A stretch of 64,000 nucleotides of DNA from Phyllosticta citribraziliensis (Eukaryota), in contig NW_027117350.1 in assembly GCF_038025025.1 (NCBI RefSeq), positions 744,001-808,000 of the forward strand, given 5' to 3'. This document shows, one piece after another, positions 50,512 through 62,655 of the stretch. The position numbers and the translations under genes are program-made. Numbering within the stretch: the first letter of the stretch is position 1; each line of letters opens with the position of its first letter. Below the pieces are notes generated by a model. It made no database searches and was not told the origin of the DNA. It was given only the letters and a program-made list of their open reading frames with translations.

Positions 50512-51960
50512 ATGCCTTTGGCACAACTCGCAACCATAGCCCAGGCGGGCTCATTGTTCACAGCCACCAGATCACTATGGGAGCTCACACGAATGGTTCG
50601 AAACAAGAGGAGGCAATCCAGACAAACACAAAAGGTCGAGCAACTGTTGGATGAGCTCGAGACTTTTGTCGACCGCGGAGTTTTGACCAGGAAGGAGTGG
50701 ACGTCATTTTGCCTTCAGGTTGAAAAGTCCATCGCCGATGCCGAAGCAACACCTCTTGAAGCACAAGCCCAGGTACTCGACTTCATCGAGGCGCTTGAAA
50801 ACATTGATCAAGAGTTCGCCGATTCCGAATATGAGTCCGACACCTCGGACGAAGGCGGCCACAAGTCTCGCAGGAGAAGGCGGCATCAGCGCCGGAGCTC
50901 TGAACCTACATTACACTCCGAGTCTTTCAGCGATGCGCGGCGTTCCTTGAATCGTTCGCATTCAGTTCAGGATCCGCACGCAGGACTAGTTCCTCAGTCA
51001 AGAGGCATTCCGCCCATGCCAGTTGCGCTTCCAAGTCAATTTCAAAACAGACAGCTCTACGGATATGGCCGACCTGTAAGTAGTGGTGGTGTTTGCAGAG
51101 ACATTTTGCTCACGAACTTACAGGCATTCCACACTGCCGCTGCGGTTCCCCCTCCCCCTCCGCCAGTCCACGAAGATCCGCGCGCTGGAGTGGCTCCAAC
51201 CGGCTATGCCATGCCCAGGTACGGGGCCTCAGTCAGCACCACTGTCGCGCCGAACATGAGTAACACCTCATTTGCAGCGAATACTTCCCGCAACAACAGC
51301 TTGGCGGCAGCGTATCGGCGTCCGCGTCCCGTCCCGCACGGCAGCTCCCTGTCGAGCTCCAACACGCGCAAAGTTACGACGAATTCTTCCTCTCGCCTGC
51401 CGTCGGACCCCCGTCCCAGCCACATCCACCCCGGTAGGCATGATGCCCATCGGCCCGCCAGCTCCGACAATTCTTCTGCACACGCTTCTTCGTTTTCTTC
51501 GGGCACGGCGTCTCCGGTTTCGCCAATCGACAGCAGTAGCGGTAGCAGGAGGAGCAGCACCAGCAGTGTGGCAAGCAGCGATTATGTGTTGCACCCGAGT
51601 CGTGATGCGCATCAGCAGCAGCATAGCAACTTGCATCATCCAAAACCCCAGCATGTACCTGCACCCCAGACAGACCGACAGCCTCGCGTCTTTTACTTTC
51701 CTCCTCCTCCACCACCCAACGCTCCCGCCATGGCAGCGGCAGCCTCTGCTCCGGTCCCGGTCCCAATTCCGGTCTCAATGCAAGTCCCTGCTGCTCCAAT
51801 CGCCCAGCCAGTCTCACTGCGCGATCAGCTCATCGCGCGCGACGCCTTGCTCGCGGGCAGCTTGGACCGGCGAGTCCCGCGTGCCGGCAGCCGGTGCTCG
51901 AGCACGGCCGGGACGTACCTGGATCCGCATGGGGAGTACGGCAAGAGGCGGAGGAGGTGA
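50512..51960 (+). CDS. Hypothetical protein: ~100-aa helical N-terminus plus disordered S/P-rich tail
   Basis: 482-codon ORF with ATG and a probable in-frame 48-nt intron 51076-51123 (gtaagt...ttacag). No family recognised. Confidence 0.6.
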   Translation: MPLAQLATIAQAGSLFTATRSLWELTRMVRNKRRQSRQTQKVEQLLDELETFVDRGVLTRKEWTSFCLQVEKSIADAEATPLEAQAQVLDFIEALENIDQEFADSEYESDTSDEGGHKSRRRRRHQRRSSEPTLHSESFSDARRSLNRSHSVQDPHAGLVPQSRGIPPMPVALPSQFQNRQLYGYGRPVSSGGVCRDILLTNLQAFHTAAAVPPPPPPVHEDPRAGVAPTGYAMPRYGASVSTTVAPNMSNTSFAANTSRNNSLAAAYRRPRPVPHGSSLSSSNTRKVTTNSSSRLPSDPRPSHIHPGRHDAHRPASSDNSSAHASSFSSGTASPVSPIDSSSGSRRSSTSSVASSDYVLHPSRDAHQQQHSNLHHPKPQHVPAPQTDRQPRVFYFPPPPPPNAPAMAAAASAPVPVPIPVSMQVPAAPIAQPVSLRDQLIARDALLAGSLDRRVPRAGSRCSSTAGTYLDPHGEYGKRRRR

Positions 51961-53043
51961 AGAGAGAGATGGAGAGACGGCGGGAGGACGTGCTCCAAAC
52001 TTCGCGCTTGGAAGACTAAAAATTGCACATACCATATTATGACGGCATGACGCGAGGCAGCATGGGGTTGGTTGGGCATTACTTGGTAACGGCTGTGGTG
52101 GGTGCATCTGTCTGTTTGGGCACCATACTTCCTCCTTCATCACACGTTTTGGCGGTTCGTCCCGGCGAGGGAACCATTGTGGAGTACCCTAGATTGGGAC
52201 GGACACGGCTCGGGAAGGGCAGGGCAGGGCCGGGCAGGACAGGGCACGCCGCGGTTGAGCGGCAGGGGCTGCGGGACGCAACTGAGTCGCTGCTCTCTGG
52301 CACACTGACAACTGACGGTTCGAAGAGCGGGCGGACGCGTGGGGCGCGCGGCAAGCCGGCCGACCCTCCCGTGGGTGACCTGCCTTGTTCTTCGCCCTTG
52401 GCTGTGCTGGTGGTGGTTGTTTGATGGACGGTGGCGGTGGACGTAGAGCAGAGAAGCGCGGAGGGGACGATTAATGTGTGATGAACTTTTCTACCTCCTC
52501 ATTGTGCCTTTTTCTCTCGGTGGACACATCAAATGCCTTCGCCCCCCTCGTGTCAATTGCTCAACTCATCTGCATGGTGGATCGCGACATCGGTGCGTCC
52601 ATCTTGCTCCAATCATATATCTTCCACCCGTCCTGTCCACATCAAGTAAACGATCCGCTCGCTGCTCTTATCGCGACTCACAGCATCAATTGAGAAACAC
52701 AGCCTGTCCATCTGTAAAATTGCAACACATACACTTAGCAAATAACCCACTCGTCCTCTCGCTGGCCGCAGCAAGGCCATGAGCAGAGCTGGCAGTCAGT
52801 CCCCTGCATGGCATGCGGGAAATAACAACATACATCTTGCTCCACGCTGGAACGGAAGAGGATGTCAAAGAGGGGAATGCGATTGAACCAGTGTTTCCGC
52901 TTTTGATTTTTCAGTCGTAGGGAACTGGGGATGTGCTACGTAGGCATGCTACCGAAGATGATGTTTTGGTCAGGTGTTTGTGCCATCCATTGAGATGGAA
53001 ATGCTTTTGTGATGACGTCCATGGTCCTTCCTTTTCGGCCCAC

Positions 53044-54916
53044 CTAGTTCATTTGCAAATAACTCACCACCCGCCTCCACAACGGCAGCGCCGCATACGC
53101 ATCGAGCGCCAGCATGTCAGCCTCAGACACAGCCCGGCGGCCGGACACCAAGTCGGCGGTAGCGGGATCGACGAGCTTGGTGCGGAAGACGAGCTTGTAG
53201 CCGACAAAGGCGACGACGAAGATGGGCGCGGTGAGGAAGAGCTCGAAGAAGCTCTGCACGCGGTCCGCGGCCGGGTCCATGGGCGCGACGGCCAGGTACA
53301 GCGCCGACACGAGGCAGAAGGACAGGGCGAGGATGAGCAGGATGGGCTCGAGCGGCCACCATCGCACCGTGTACGCGTAGCGGCCCTGCAGCCCGGCGTC
53401 GCCTTGCAGCGCCAGCGCGCGCCGCATGCGCAGGTTGGTGACGCCGACGACGATGGGGTCGATGAGGAAGACGATCGACGTGAGGCTGCTGAGCCAGGTG
53501 AACATGAGCGCGCCGCCTGAGCTGCAGTTGACGTAGGTGAGGACGAGTCCGATGGTCGCGCCGGTCGCCAGACTCCAGATGGGCCGGCCCGCTTTGTCGA
53601 CTTTGCCCATGAAGGCCGGGAACATGCCCATGCGTGCCATGGCCGTGGCGATGCGTGAGGAGAGGTAGAGCGCTTCGGCGCCGATGGCGAAGAGCGAGAG
53701 GATGATGATGGCGTTGATGAGGTCGGGGAGCCCGCGCACGAGGCCCGCTTGGTTCATGGCCACGACGAAGGGGGAGGAGGCGGCGTTGGATGTGCCGAGG
53801 AGGGATGGGGATGTGTAGGGGACTAGCATGAGGACGAATGCAAAAGCTGTTGAAAGTCAGACGCGATCGGTGAAGACGAATAGGCGGGAATACCTGGGGT
53901 CAACAGGACGATGATACGCGTCATGAGGAGGCCCTGAGCCCGAGGGAGAGACACCCTGGGGGAGGAAGCCTCGCCGTTGGTGATGCCAATCAGCTCTAGG
54001 CCAGCAATGGCCCATGCCGCAAGAATCATCGATTGCACGATTCCCTGGGAAAGTCAATTGATTTTGCCTGGAAGCTAGGCCGAGGAATATCAGTCTGCCT
54101 TGTGGACTTACCTTGTAGCCATTCGGAAAGGCGTCAAGTTCCGTAAAGTTTTGATAGTGTTGTGTCGTCCCCGTAGGTCCAGCGCCAGCCAAAAAGGCAA
54201 TCAGGGCAAAGATGATCAGCAGCAAAATGCCCACTTTGAGGGTGCTGACGATAAACTCGAATTCTCCAAACCAGGTATTTGGCATGGCGTGGATGAAGAA
54301 AACGACGAGCAGGTATATGGTCATGAGCGCTGGCACTGGAATGGCATCCGTCCAGTACGATACCACAATGCTAAAGATGGCGCCTTCGGAGGCTAAAGAC
54401 ACAGTCCAAGCAAGCCAGAGACAGAATCCTGACGACCAGTTAGTCTTGCATCTTGAATGAAGGAGCTCAAACTCACCACATGCAAACCCAAGCGCCGGAT
54501 CAACAAAACGGGAAGCGTGGTCGATGAAAGATCCAGACGTTGGAAACAAAATGGACGCCTCAGACAAGACGCGTAGTGCGAGAATCATGGTGACAGCTAT
54601 GAGAACCCATCCGATGAGGAAACCCGGGAAACTTCCATAACGGAGCGCCTAACGACTTATCAGTGTCAAGCTCCAAGTTCAGACGAGTAGCACAACTGAC
54701 CTTGCCACTGCTCACAAAGACTCCACTACCTAGACAGCCGCCTAGGGAGATCATGGCCATGTGCCGGGGTTTGAAGTTGCGCTTCAGCTGGCCCTGATGG
54801 GCCTCAGACGCTCCAGCATACTCGGGCCCATCAGCCAAAATCTCCCCCTCTTTGATCGAGTCCGCCGAGTACGCTTTGGTCGCCGAAGCCTTTTCAAAAT
54901 CGGAATCGTCAGCCAT
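53044..54916 (-). CDS. Amino acid permease (APC/YAT family), 5 exons
   Basis: LKRNFKPRHMAMISLGGCLGSG, FVDPALGFA, WFGEFEF, GLELIGITNGEA, SSPFVVAM, VDKAGRP. Introns restore frame. Confidence 0.9.
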
Positions 54917-55862
54917 GGCGATTGAAGCAATCAGGTCAAAACTTGTCGGCTGCTCGTTATTCTGTGGCAACGCTTGGGGTAGGATAAGGGCATGAATTCA
55001 GTGTGAGTGTGCAGCCAAAGTCGAGATATCAAGTGAGCATCTTATAACCACAAGTCCGAATGGACGCTACCCCAAACTGGTGGATCTCAGAATGCTTTGG
55101 ACACATTGTTGGTCTCTTGCGGAGATAGGAACCATGCCCTGATTATCATGTACCCCACTTCTGTTTGCGGGTCAATTGTCATGGATAAGGCGCGCCTTTG
55201 TAGAGGCGATGATGAGCCTCCTGCAGCTCCACAGCCACTAAAGAAAGGTTTCTACTGCAGGGGGGGTGATAGGGAAGGCAATCAAAGCAGACTGAAACGA
55301 CGCGGTCCAAGAGCTGCGAAGCCGGTTATTGTAATTCAGGATTTTGATAGCCAGTAGAGTCTAAGAAAATCAATACCCTAGTCAGATCGAGCTAGTCTGA
55401 TTGGGGTATTTACAGAGATGTTTTCCCCCGGAGGGCCTCGCCGAGTATAAGCTCGCAGACACACGGGTTTGCGGTAAGGTAAGATGCCGAGCCCCGACCT
55501 TGGACGAGGCCGACCTGACGTATGAAAATCACCCTTTCGCCCGGAACCGAGCTCTTTGAATGCCATGAAGATCTAGAGCTGACGTATTCCGAGTGCTGAA
55601 TACAAGTGGGGAAGCAGCTGTTCAAGCCGAAGTCATCGTGCCCAGCGGTCCTTATCCGAAGCCAAAGGATTGAGTAAGAGGGTCTGAACTGAGAAAGGCC
55701 GCTTTCCATTGACAGAGTTCATTGCGCACCATGGCTTTGTTATGGTGAGGCGATTTCCAATTTGCCAGGTGTGCCTTTGGGGTTAGCCGGGAGTCGTGGT
55801 TGCTTTTGCTGCCAGGAACAGTCAATGCCTCCTACCTCGGATCAAGCTACCCTCTGGGAAAG

Positions 55863-55906
55863 TCGAAGTCGCCTCGAAGTCGCCTCGAAGTCGCCTCGAA
55901 ATCGCC
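55863..55906. repeat. 11-bp tandem repeat (TCGAAGTCGCC)x4
   Basis: tcgaagtcgcc x3 plus tcgaaatcgcc, intergenic. Confidence 0.9.
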
Positions 55907-56094
55907 TTCAAAGAGGCGTCGGAGTGGGGCTCTTGAGAATGAGCAATGGAGTCTACTCCTTGCGCCTGTGACGTGCCTATGATAGAGCCCTGAATCAACC
56001 AGAAGTTGACAGACGCGAGCCTGCATCGGCGAAAGGCCATTCAGGACTAGCTCTGGAGACTTTGGAGCCAGTGACATGACTTGGCGCAGACATT

Positions 56095-56745
56095 TCACGT
56101 CTCTGGCACCTCTTGGATTCCGGCACCTGACTTGGTCCTCTTCTTCCCCATGAGTTTGCCCAGAACATCTCGCTCCTGGTCTTCTGCGGCACCCGCGTCG
56201 GCTTCCATTTCATCCTCGGCATCGTCACTGCTTTCCGAGTCTTGGTCCATTTTGTTTGGATCCTTTTCTTCCAAGACTCCCAAGCCAAGGTCCATTTCAA
56301 TGTACTGCCCACTTTCGTCTACTTGGTCCAAGGATTTTTCGGCCAGTTTTCCCGCGGCACGATCACGCTCGAGCTCTTCATTTGCAGCAGCGAGCTGAGG
56401 CAGAAATTCCTTGAGACGGTTGCCGAGCAGGGAGGTTCGAGGCATGGCCTTTTTGTAGAGATTCTTCCGAGCTTCTGCGTTTGGTGGTTGAGGCAGGGTG
56501 GGTACGTCGGCTTCAGAATCTTCATCTTGGCTGAGCGAATCATCCTCGGAGTCAGAGCTTGGTTCTTCGGATGATGTGCTCAACGCGCTGCTGTCTGATT
56601 CGGCGTCGCTGGCATCCTCAGGTTTGCGTTTGGTCTCGGTGGCGGGGTTGCTGGCGTTGGGAGCAGAAGTCGAAGTCGATTGAGGGCGAGTTCTTCGTGG
56701 AAGCTCGTGAGTGAGGGGGTCGGAAGATGGGCGGTTGTCGGCCAT
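56095..56745 (-). CDS. DUF4598 / NOPCHAP1-like (snoRNP assembly chaperone-like) protein
   Basis: RLKEFLPQLAAANEEL...QYIEMDLGLGVLE motif within an acidic protein, ending GIQEV. Confidence 0.75.
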   Translation of the reverse strand: MADNRPSSDPLTHELPRRTRPQSTSTSAPNASNPATETKRKPEDASDAESDSSALSTSSEEPSSDSEDDSLSQDEDSEADVPTLPQPPNAEARKNLYKKAMPRTSLLGNRLKEFLPQLAAANEELERDRAAGKLAEKSLDQVDESGQYIEMDLGLGVLEEKDPNKMDQDSESSDDAEDEMEADAGAAEDQERDVLGKLMGKKRTKSGAGIQEVPET

Positions 56746-57820
56746 GACGACGTCGATGCGGCTTGTTGCGATGCAGTGGTGATGGCGGACGTGTGAGGAG
56801 TGCAGCAGCGGGCGGACTGGAGGGACCTGGACGATTATTTTTGACCGGGGTTAGTTCTGCCAAGGCGGTGAGGGTTTGTCGGGCCTGTCCGCGCCCGCCT
56901 GCCGCCTGCCTCAAGGAACATGGTTTGGCGACTGCGGTGGAGACGATGGCATGTTTCCTCTCCCCAACACACGCGCTCGCTCTGCTGGACACATCCGACA
57001 ATTTCGAAGCGAGCGTCCGTGTCGCCCATGGACTGTCGTCTGCGGCGAGCGACGGGTGTGCCGTGCCGCGAGGGACAGCTGAAACACGACGCATTGAGGC
57101 TTCGAACAACGACTGCTCCTTGTCCAATGGCCCCCCCGCCACTTCAGGGCTGAGCCGCTGGGCTGGCAGGGGTTCGCGCGCCCGCATCAACCACAAAGAC
57201 ACTCTCAACTTCATTGTTCTCTCTCCTCCCTTCTCCTTTTGTCCGCGCCCGTCTCCTCTACTCTTCCTCTGCGCTTCTGACCGGGCCCTATTCTTCTCTT
57301 TCCTCCTCCACTCCCGTCGCATCATCAACTCCTGAACCCTGGGACCATCTCCTTAAGCCTATCCGGACTTTCAACGGCACCCTGAAGACAGGTACGTGGC
57401 GTATGCTTATACACGCCGTCTCTTTAGTCTGTCCATGTTTCGTTTTTCGCTTCCTGTTCCGTATTTGCTTTGCTGGCTTTGGCGTGCACCAAAAATCAAC
57501 ACCAAGTATATCGGCTTCAACACGCACCATGTATCTTGTCCCGATGGATGGTGCAAGGATGTCCGATCAGGAGTGTGGTTAATTGACTTGTCCATCTTCC
57601 CTTCGCTTCTTCTTGTCACTATGATCTTGTATTTCTTCGCTTTCCTTCGCTTCGTCGTTGCGCGGTCATAGGGATTCGCTTTCACTTCGCTGCACTGCTT
57701 CGCGGCGTGCAAAACCTCAAGTTCCCATCATGTTCGGCTTCCACATTACTCTTCTCTCCTCTTTCTTTTCCTCAGAGCCATCCCCATATTCTTCATTGCA
57801 AACTTCAAACTACATCGACC

Positions 57821-59098
57821 ATGGCGCACCTCGAGCACCGTCCCAAGTCCCCCAAAACCCTCACAGTTGAAGACCTCGAACGAATGTTCAAGAAGAAACC
57901 CAAGCCCACGGCTCTAGTCACGTCTGCCTCTCCTTGTTCCGCTCCCACGGCTGTCCCAGCGATCGTTGTGACAGCCCCCCTCGAAGACGCGGCTGCTCCG
58001 GCTCAAGATCACACGGCCCGCACGAACACTTTCTCTACTGCTTCTGCTGCTGCTTATTCTTCTCGTTCTGCGTCATTTCCAAAGCATGCTCGGCGCACCA
58101 CTGCCGTCTTTCATCAGAAGCATTCGCAAAAGACGCATAGTAACTCTACATCGCAGGGTCTCGCAGAGGTCATCGACAATCTTGGAGACCTCAGGAAGAA
58201 TCCGCCACGTCCAATTGCCGAAAACGCCGTCAACCAAGGCACCGTCCTACAGTCCGTGGTCAACTCTTACTTGACCTTCAAAGCCGATACCATCCACGAG
58301 GACATACAGCAGCGCTATCATCTCCCCGCCATGGAGCGCCCTACCGTCCCCGGAATCGCCACCAATGGCCTCCCCGTCCTACCGCAGGATGTTGCCGCCG
58401 ACACTGCTTCCCCGGCCCGTGGCAAAGCCATGAAGGAAGCCCTCTTGCAAAAGCTGCGCCCGCCCCCGCTCGAGTACAGTTGGGACTTTTGGCACGATCG
58501 CCAGGGCCGTGACAAGAAGCCATCGTGGGCGAACGAGGGCCAAAACGCGCCCAGCAGCGACAACACCAACGGCGGGGACGACTCAGTCGAGTACGAGTCG
58601 CGGCTGGTGAAGCTCGAGACCATCTCCGACGCCAAGCAGTTTTGGTCCCTCTTCAACAACTTCGACCTGGGCGACCTGAAGCTGCGCGACAGCGTGCACC
58701 TGTTCCACACGGGAGTCAAGCCGGTGTGGGAAGACCCGCGCAACGTCAAGGGCGGGGCGTGGACGTTCCGGGTGCCCAAGGAGAAGGCGGCGCAGTTCTG
58801 GAAGGAGGTGGCGTGCATGGCGATTGGCTCGCAGCTGCAGGACGCCATCGACAACAGCAAGAAGCGCTTCACCTTCATCGACGACATTTGCGGCATCTCG
58901 TACAGCGTGCGCTTCAACTCGCACCTCATCAGCATCTGGAACCGCGACTGCGAGAACACGGAGGGCGTCGAGAAGCTCAAGAAGGTTGTTCTGGACAATA
59001 TTTCGCCCGAGCTTGCGTTGAGGGAGAATCAGCACTACTACAAGAAGCATTCCGACCACACGGGCTTCAGGCCTCCGATGGCGGGTGGTGAGAAGTAA
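57821..59098 (+). CDS. eIF4E-family cap-binding protein with long N-terminal extension
   Basis: PPPLEYSWDFW, FWSLFNN, HLFHTGVKPVWEDPRNVKGGAW, ICGISYSVR, ISIWN, YYKKH. Confidence 0.9.
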   Translation: MAHLEHRPKSPKTLTVEDLERMFKKKPKPTALVTSASPCSAPTAVPAIVVTAPLEDAAAPAQDHTARTNTFSTASAAAYSSRSASFPKHARRTTAVFHQKHSQKTHSNSTSQGLAEVIDNLGDLRKNPPRPIAENAVNQGTVLQSVVNSYLTFKADTIHEDIQQRYHLPAMERPTVPGIATNGLPVLPQDVAADTASPARGKAMKEALLQKLRPPPLEYSWDFWHDRQGRDKKPSWANEGQNAPSSDNTNGGDDSVEYESRLVKLETISDAKQFWSLFNNFDLGDLKLRDSVHLFHTGVKPVWEDPRNVKGGAWTFRVPKEKAAQFWKEVACMAIGSQLQDAIDNSKKRFTFIDDICGISYSVRFNSHLISIWNRDCENTEGVEKLKKVVLDNISPELALRENQHYYKKHSDHTGFRPPMAGGEK

Positions 59099-59443
59099 GG
59101 CAAGATCTGGTTCGACTGCTTTTTGTGGGCTTGCAAACATAGGATCGATTTCATCACGGCCATTCGACGTCGGCGTTGACCTCAATGGCGAAGGTTTTTC
59201 ATGGAGAAATTGACTTAAGGCTCTGATTCTTGGTGGAACGGCGTCCGGAGCGACAGGCAGAACAGTTAAGCAGCGAAGCGGATACCGTTTACGGCCTCTG
59301 CATGAAATTGCAAACCGATAGAACAAAGCCCCCAGACCCAAACACCGCTTTTGAAAACACCGTGACCCGTATGTCCCCAACGCCTTGCTGTACGTGACCT
59401 TTGTAAGGTAGCAAACACCAACATTGCGACATGATGTCACAGG

Positions 59444-60157
59444 CTAGCCGAAAACACCAGCGCGCCGCATGACGCTCTCGAACTCTTCCAACGTGACGCC
59501 CCTGGCCACGCCGGCCTTGCCTCTCGCCTCTCCGTTCGCCTCGAGCACCATGTCCCACAGCGTGTCGTCGTCGACGTCCTCTCTCAGCTCACGCGCAACG
59601 CGCTTCAAATCAGCCACGGTGATGGGACCCTGCGCCTGCCCGGCGCCCTTGAACAAGCGATACGCCTCCCTGACCTCGCGCCTATTCACCGCGCCCTCTC
59701 CCTCTTCTTGGTTATATTCGCCATCGTCGTCGTCGCCGCCGCCGCCGTCGCCGCCCTGCGCCTCCCTCTCATGCATTAGCACGGCCGCGTACCCGTAGAA
59801 CGCGGTAAAAGGCACGAAGCCTTCGGCCGCCGGATCCAGCATGTCGAGCGCCTCGGCTGCGTCGGCGGACGACAGGTTGTATCCTAAGGCTGTCAGGCAC
59901 CGCCGCACGTCGCCGCGGCGCAGTACGCCCATGTTTTGCGTGCTGCCGGGGCTGTAGGAGGGGTGGGAGAGCGAGAAGAGGCTGAAGGCTTCGCGGATCA
60001 GCGTGTCTTGGGCGGCGGAGAGCGAGTGTTGGCGGGCGAGGGCGCTGCGGCGGGGTGTTGGCGTCGTCGTTGTTGTGGTGTTGGCGGGACGGCGGCGTGG
60101 AGGCTGCGGGTGAGGTGTGAGCGATGTGTGGGATAGCGAGCGGAGGTAGCATACCAT
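59444..60157 (-). CDS. EF-hand (centrin/calmodulin-like) protein; coding exon 1 is only ATG
   Basis: ATG|intron 60154-60104|PPRRRP...IREAFSLF, LDPAAEGFVPF, VREAYRLF...ITVADLKRVAREL, GVTLEEFESVM. Confidence 0.85.
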   Translation of the reverse strand: MVCYLRSLSHTSLTPHPQPPRRRPANTTTTTTPTPRRSALARQHSLSAAQDTLIREAFSLFSLSHPSYSPGSTQNMGVLRRGDVRRCLTALGYNLSSADAAEALDMLDPAAEGFVPFTAFYGYAAVLMHEREAQGGDGGGGDDDDGEYNQEEGEGAVNRREVREAYRLFKGAGQAQGPITVADLKRVARELREDVDDDTLWDMVLEANGEARGKAGVARGVTLEEFESVMRRAGVFG

Positions 60158-62154
60158 GGCGACTGGATGTTTGAGCGGACGGGCGAGTGAGCGCTGAGAG
60201 ATGTAGGCATACGGGAGTCTTTGATCATGTCCTATTCAGATCCTCATACCGAACCAAGCAGAGCTCCATCCACAAGCGGCAGTCCGCGACAGCACGGACC
60301 ACAAAATCGCCGACCAATAACGTCATCATTGGGTCCCCATGCCACTACGCCGCAACCGGCTAGCGCACCCGCCCACCAGGCACCTTTTCCAACTTTTTTT
60401 CTCCTCCCGTCTTCTCGCTCTTCCATCCCCTCAGACACTCTTGACACGCCCGCCCCGCGCAACGCACGCCGGTCTGTCGCAATCATTGCTTGCATCCGCA
60501 CCACTCCCATCCCCTCGTCTGCGTCTCTGTCCGCGTCGCTCACATGCCGAGCCCTCCCGCGGACGCGGCTAGGTGCAGTACGTGTAGCCGGCCGACATGA
60601 ACGGCTGCCTACATCGTCGCGTCCGGAGGCGAACACCAGAGACTGACGACTGACGCCTGATGGACGGGTGGATGGACGCCCGCACATTTCTGGGCTCAGC
60701 TGCCTGCCTGCCTACCTGCCTGCGCTGCCAAGTGCCCAGCAGACGGACAGACTACACGCTCAACGCAGCAGCAACGGCGCAGATCGCTGGCAAGACGCGG
60801 CGACAAGGCCGGTGTCAGGCCCTTCAGGTTGTTTCTCACACCCAGCTCTCCCGTTCCCCATCGTCATCAATGACATAAATTCCCTCCCGTCTCTCACGCC
60901 CCCCCTTCCCCTTCTCTTCCCCACCTCAACACATCACAAACACAGAACATGCTCCCAGCAGAGGATATGGCTTTGATGCCTACTACAGCAGTAGGAAAAA
61001 GAGCAAGAGGAGGAAAAAGGAAAACACCCGCTTCGAAAATGCTAGAGCCCGCCATCTACATGTTCCAGGATGAGCGAGTGTGGACAGAGAAGCAAGAGCA
61101 ACGACCCTTCGTCACGCACCTTCAAAACGTGCTGTGGCGGACCCCCCTGCATCCCACCTCGTTCTGCCGGCTATGCGCCTCTTGAAAAGGAGAGAGGGGC
61201 TGGCGGATGGGGTGTGGGGGGCTACATTTATATACATATATCTATGCGTGACGTTCTTTTTTATGTAGAATCTTTGAAAATGATGATTGTTTTAAGGGAA
61301 CTTTTCGAGTTGGTGTTTGCAATCTGATTGTGTGGTTGTGACATTGATTATGTGAAGGAGTAGGACATGCTTCGATGATGTGGTACTGCTACTACACCCC
61401 TACATGTACGTACCTACATGTACATAGCCACGCGACCTTCTCCAAAGACGAGAGTACTCGACCACTCGTCCACCAAAGCACCCCACAGGTATCCTACATG
61501 TACCTTCCCATCCTCGCCTCCACTTCCCTCCACAGCTCACTCACTCACTCACTCAAAAAGAGGCGGGCACCAAACAATAACGACGACAAGGCCAACACCG
61601 ACGCATAAATAGACAAGCACGCACACGCGCATAAGCGAAGCACTCTCGGTCGACAATCTCGCATGCCAGTCGCGCCGCCCATACATTGACTCTGCTCACT
61701 CTGCCTGCCGTCGACGCACATCTTCTCTCTCTCGCTCTCTCCTATTCCGTCCCTTTCTCTCCCTTCCCCCTCCCGCCCGGCAAAGAATAAGCGCAAAGAA
61801 GAACCACGACCCAAGTCTGACCCGACCACCATTCGCGTCCCTTCCGCGTCCCTTCCGCATCTCGTCCGGTGCCGTCCAGTGCCTTCCAGCCAGGGACAGA
61901 CCACCAATGCCGCCACGAACGAACCCCCCGAAAAGGAAAAACAAAACCAAAAACAAAATCTCAACCCAACCAAGCGCCGCCGCCCCATGAACACCTGACC
62001 CATTCGTCCGTCCGTCCGTGTATGCCATGATGCTTCGCTCGCTCGCTCCGTGATGCCGAAAACAGACAAGGAAATCAAGGAAAAGGCCGGGAAACAATGA
62101 CCGGAGAATGCATGCTCGCTCGCTCGCGTGGAAAAAGGACGAAGGGGAGGAAGG

Positions 62155-62400
62155 GATGATGATGATGATGATGCGCGTACGAAAGACGGGAGGAAAACAA
62201 GACAGACAGTCTATGAAAAGAGCCGAGCCAGCAGCGTCGCCGTTTTGGTGCGTCGTTGAGCTTGACCGCGCAAGCAGACGGCCACCACGAGGCGGAGGTG
62301 CAGAGCTGGCTGCACTGCACTGCTGCTGGGTATGCTAGTGATGATGCTGATGATGCTGATAATGCTGATGGTAAAAATGATGCCGAAAATGACGCCCGAA
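62155..62400. repeat. (GAT)n and degenerate (TGATGC)n microsatellites downstream of CDC14
   Basis: gatgatgatgatgatgatg at ~62155-62173 and tgatgatgctgatgatgctgataatgctgatg at ~62339-62370. Confidence 0.7.
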
Positions 62401-62655
62401 AGTGCTGCGACTGCACACTGTGGCGCAGAGCAATGCAAGGAAAGAGAAGACGCCCCAATCGGTGGCCACAATGGCGCTGCCATCGCGGTAATCGAGCAGG
62501 CGACGGATCCACGGGATGCGACGCGGCGCTGCTGCTGTCGTCAAGAGCGGGCTGGCCGCTCGTCTGTCTGCCTGCCTGCGGGCAGACCGAATGTGATGTC
62601 TGAACTCGAACCAGGGCAAGACAATGCTGTCTCAAGAACAAGGAGAAGACGTCAT

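Noticed and set aside
53044..54916. Fragmented ORFs suggesting a permease pseudogene
   Set aside because: Canonical introns restore a continuous reading frame.
55863..55906. 11-bp repeat as a CRISPR-like array
   Set aside because: No spacers, too short, eukaryotic context; it is a simple minisatellite.
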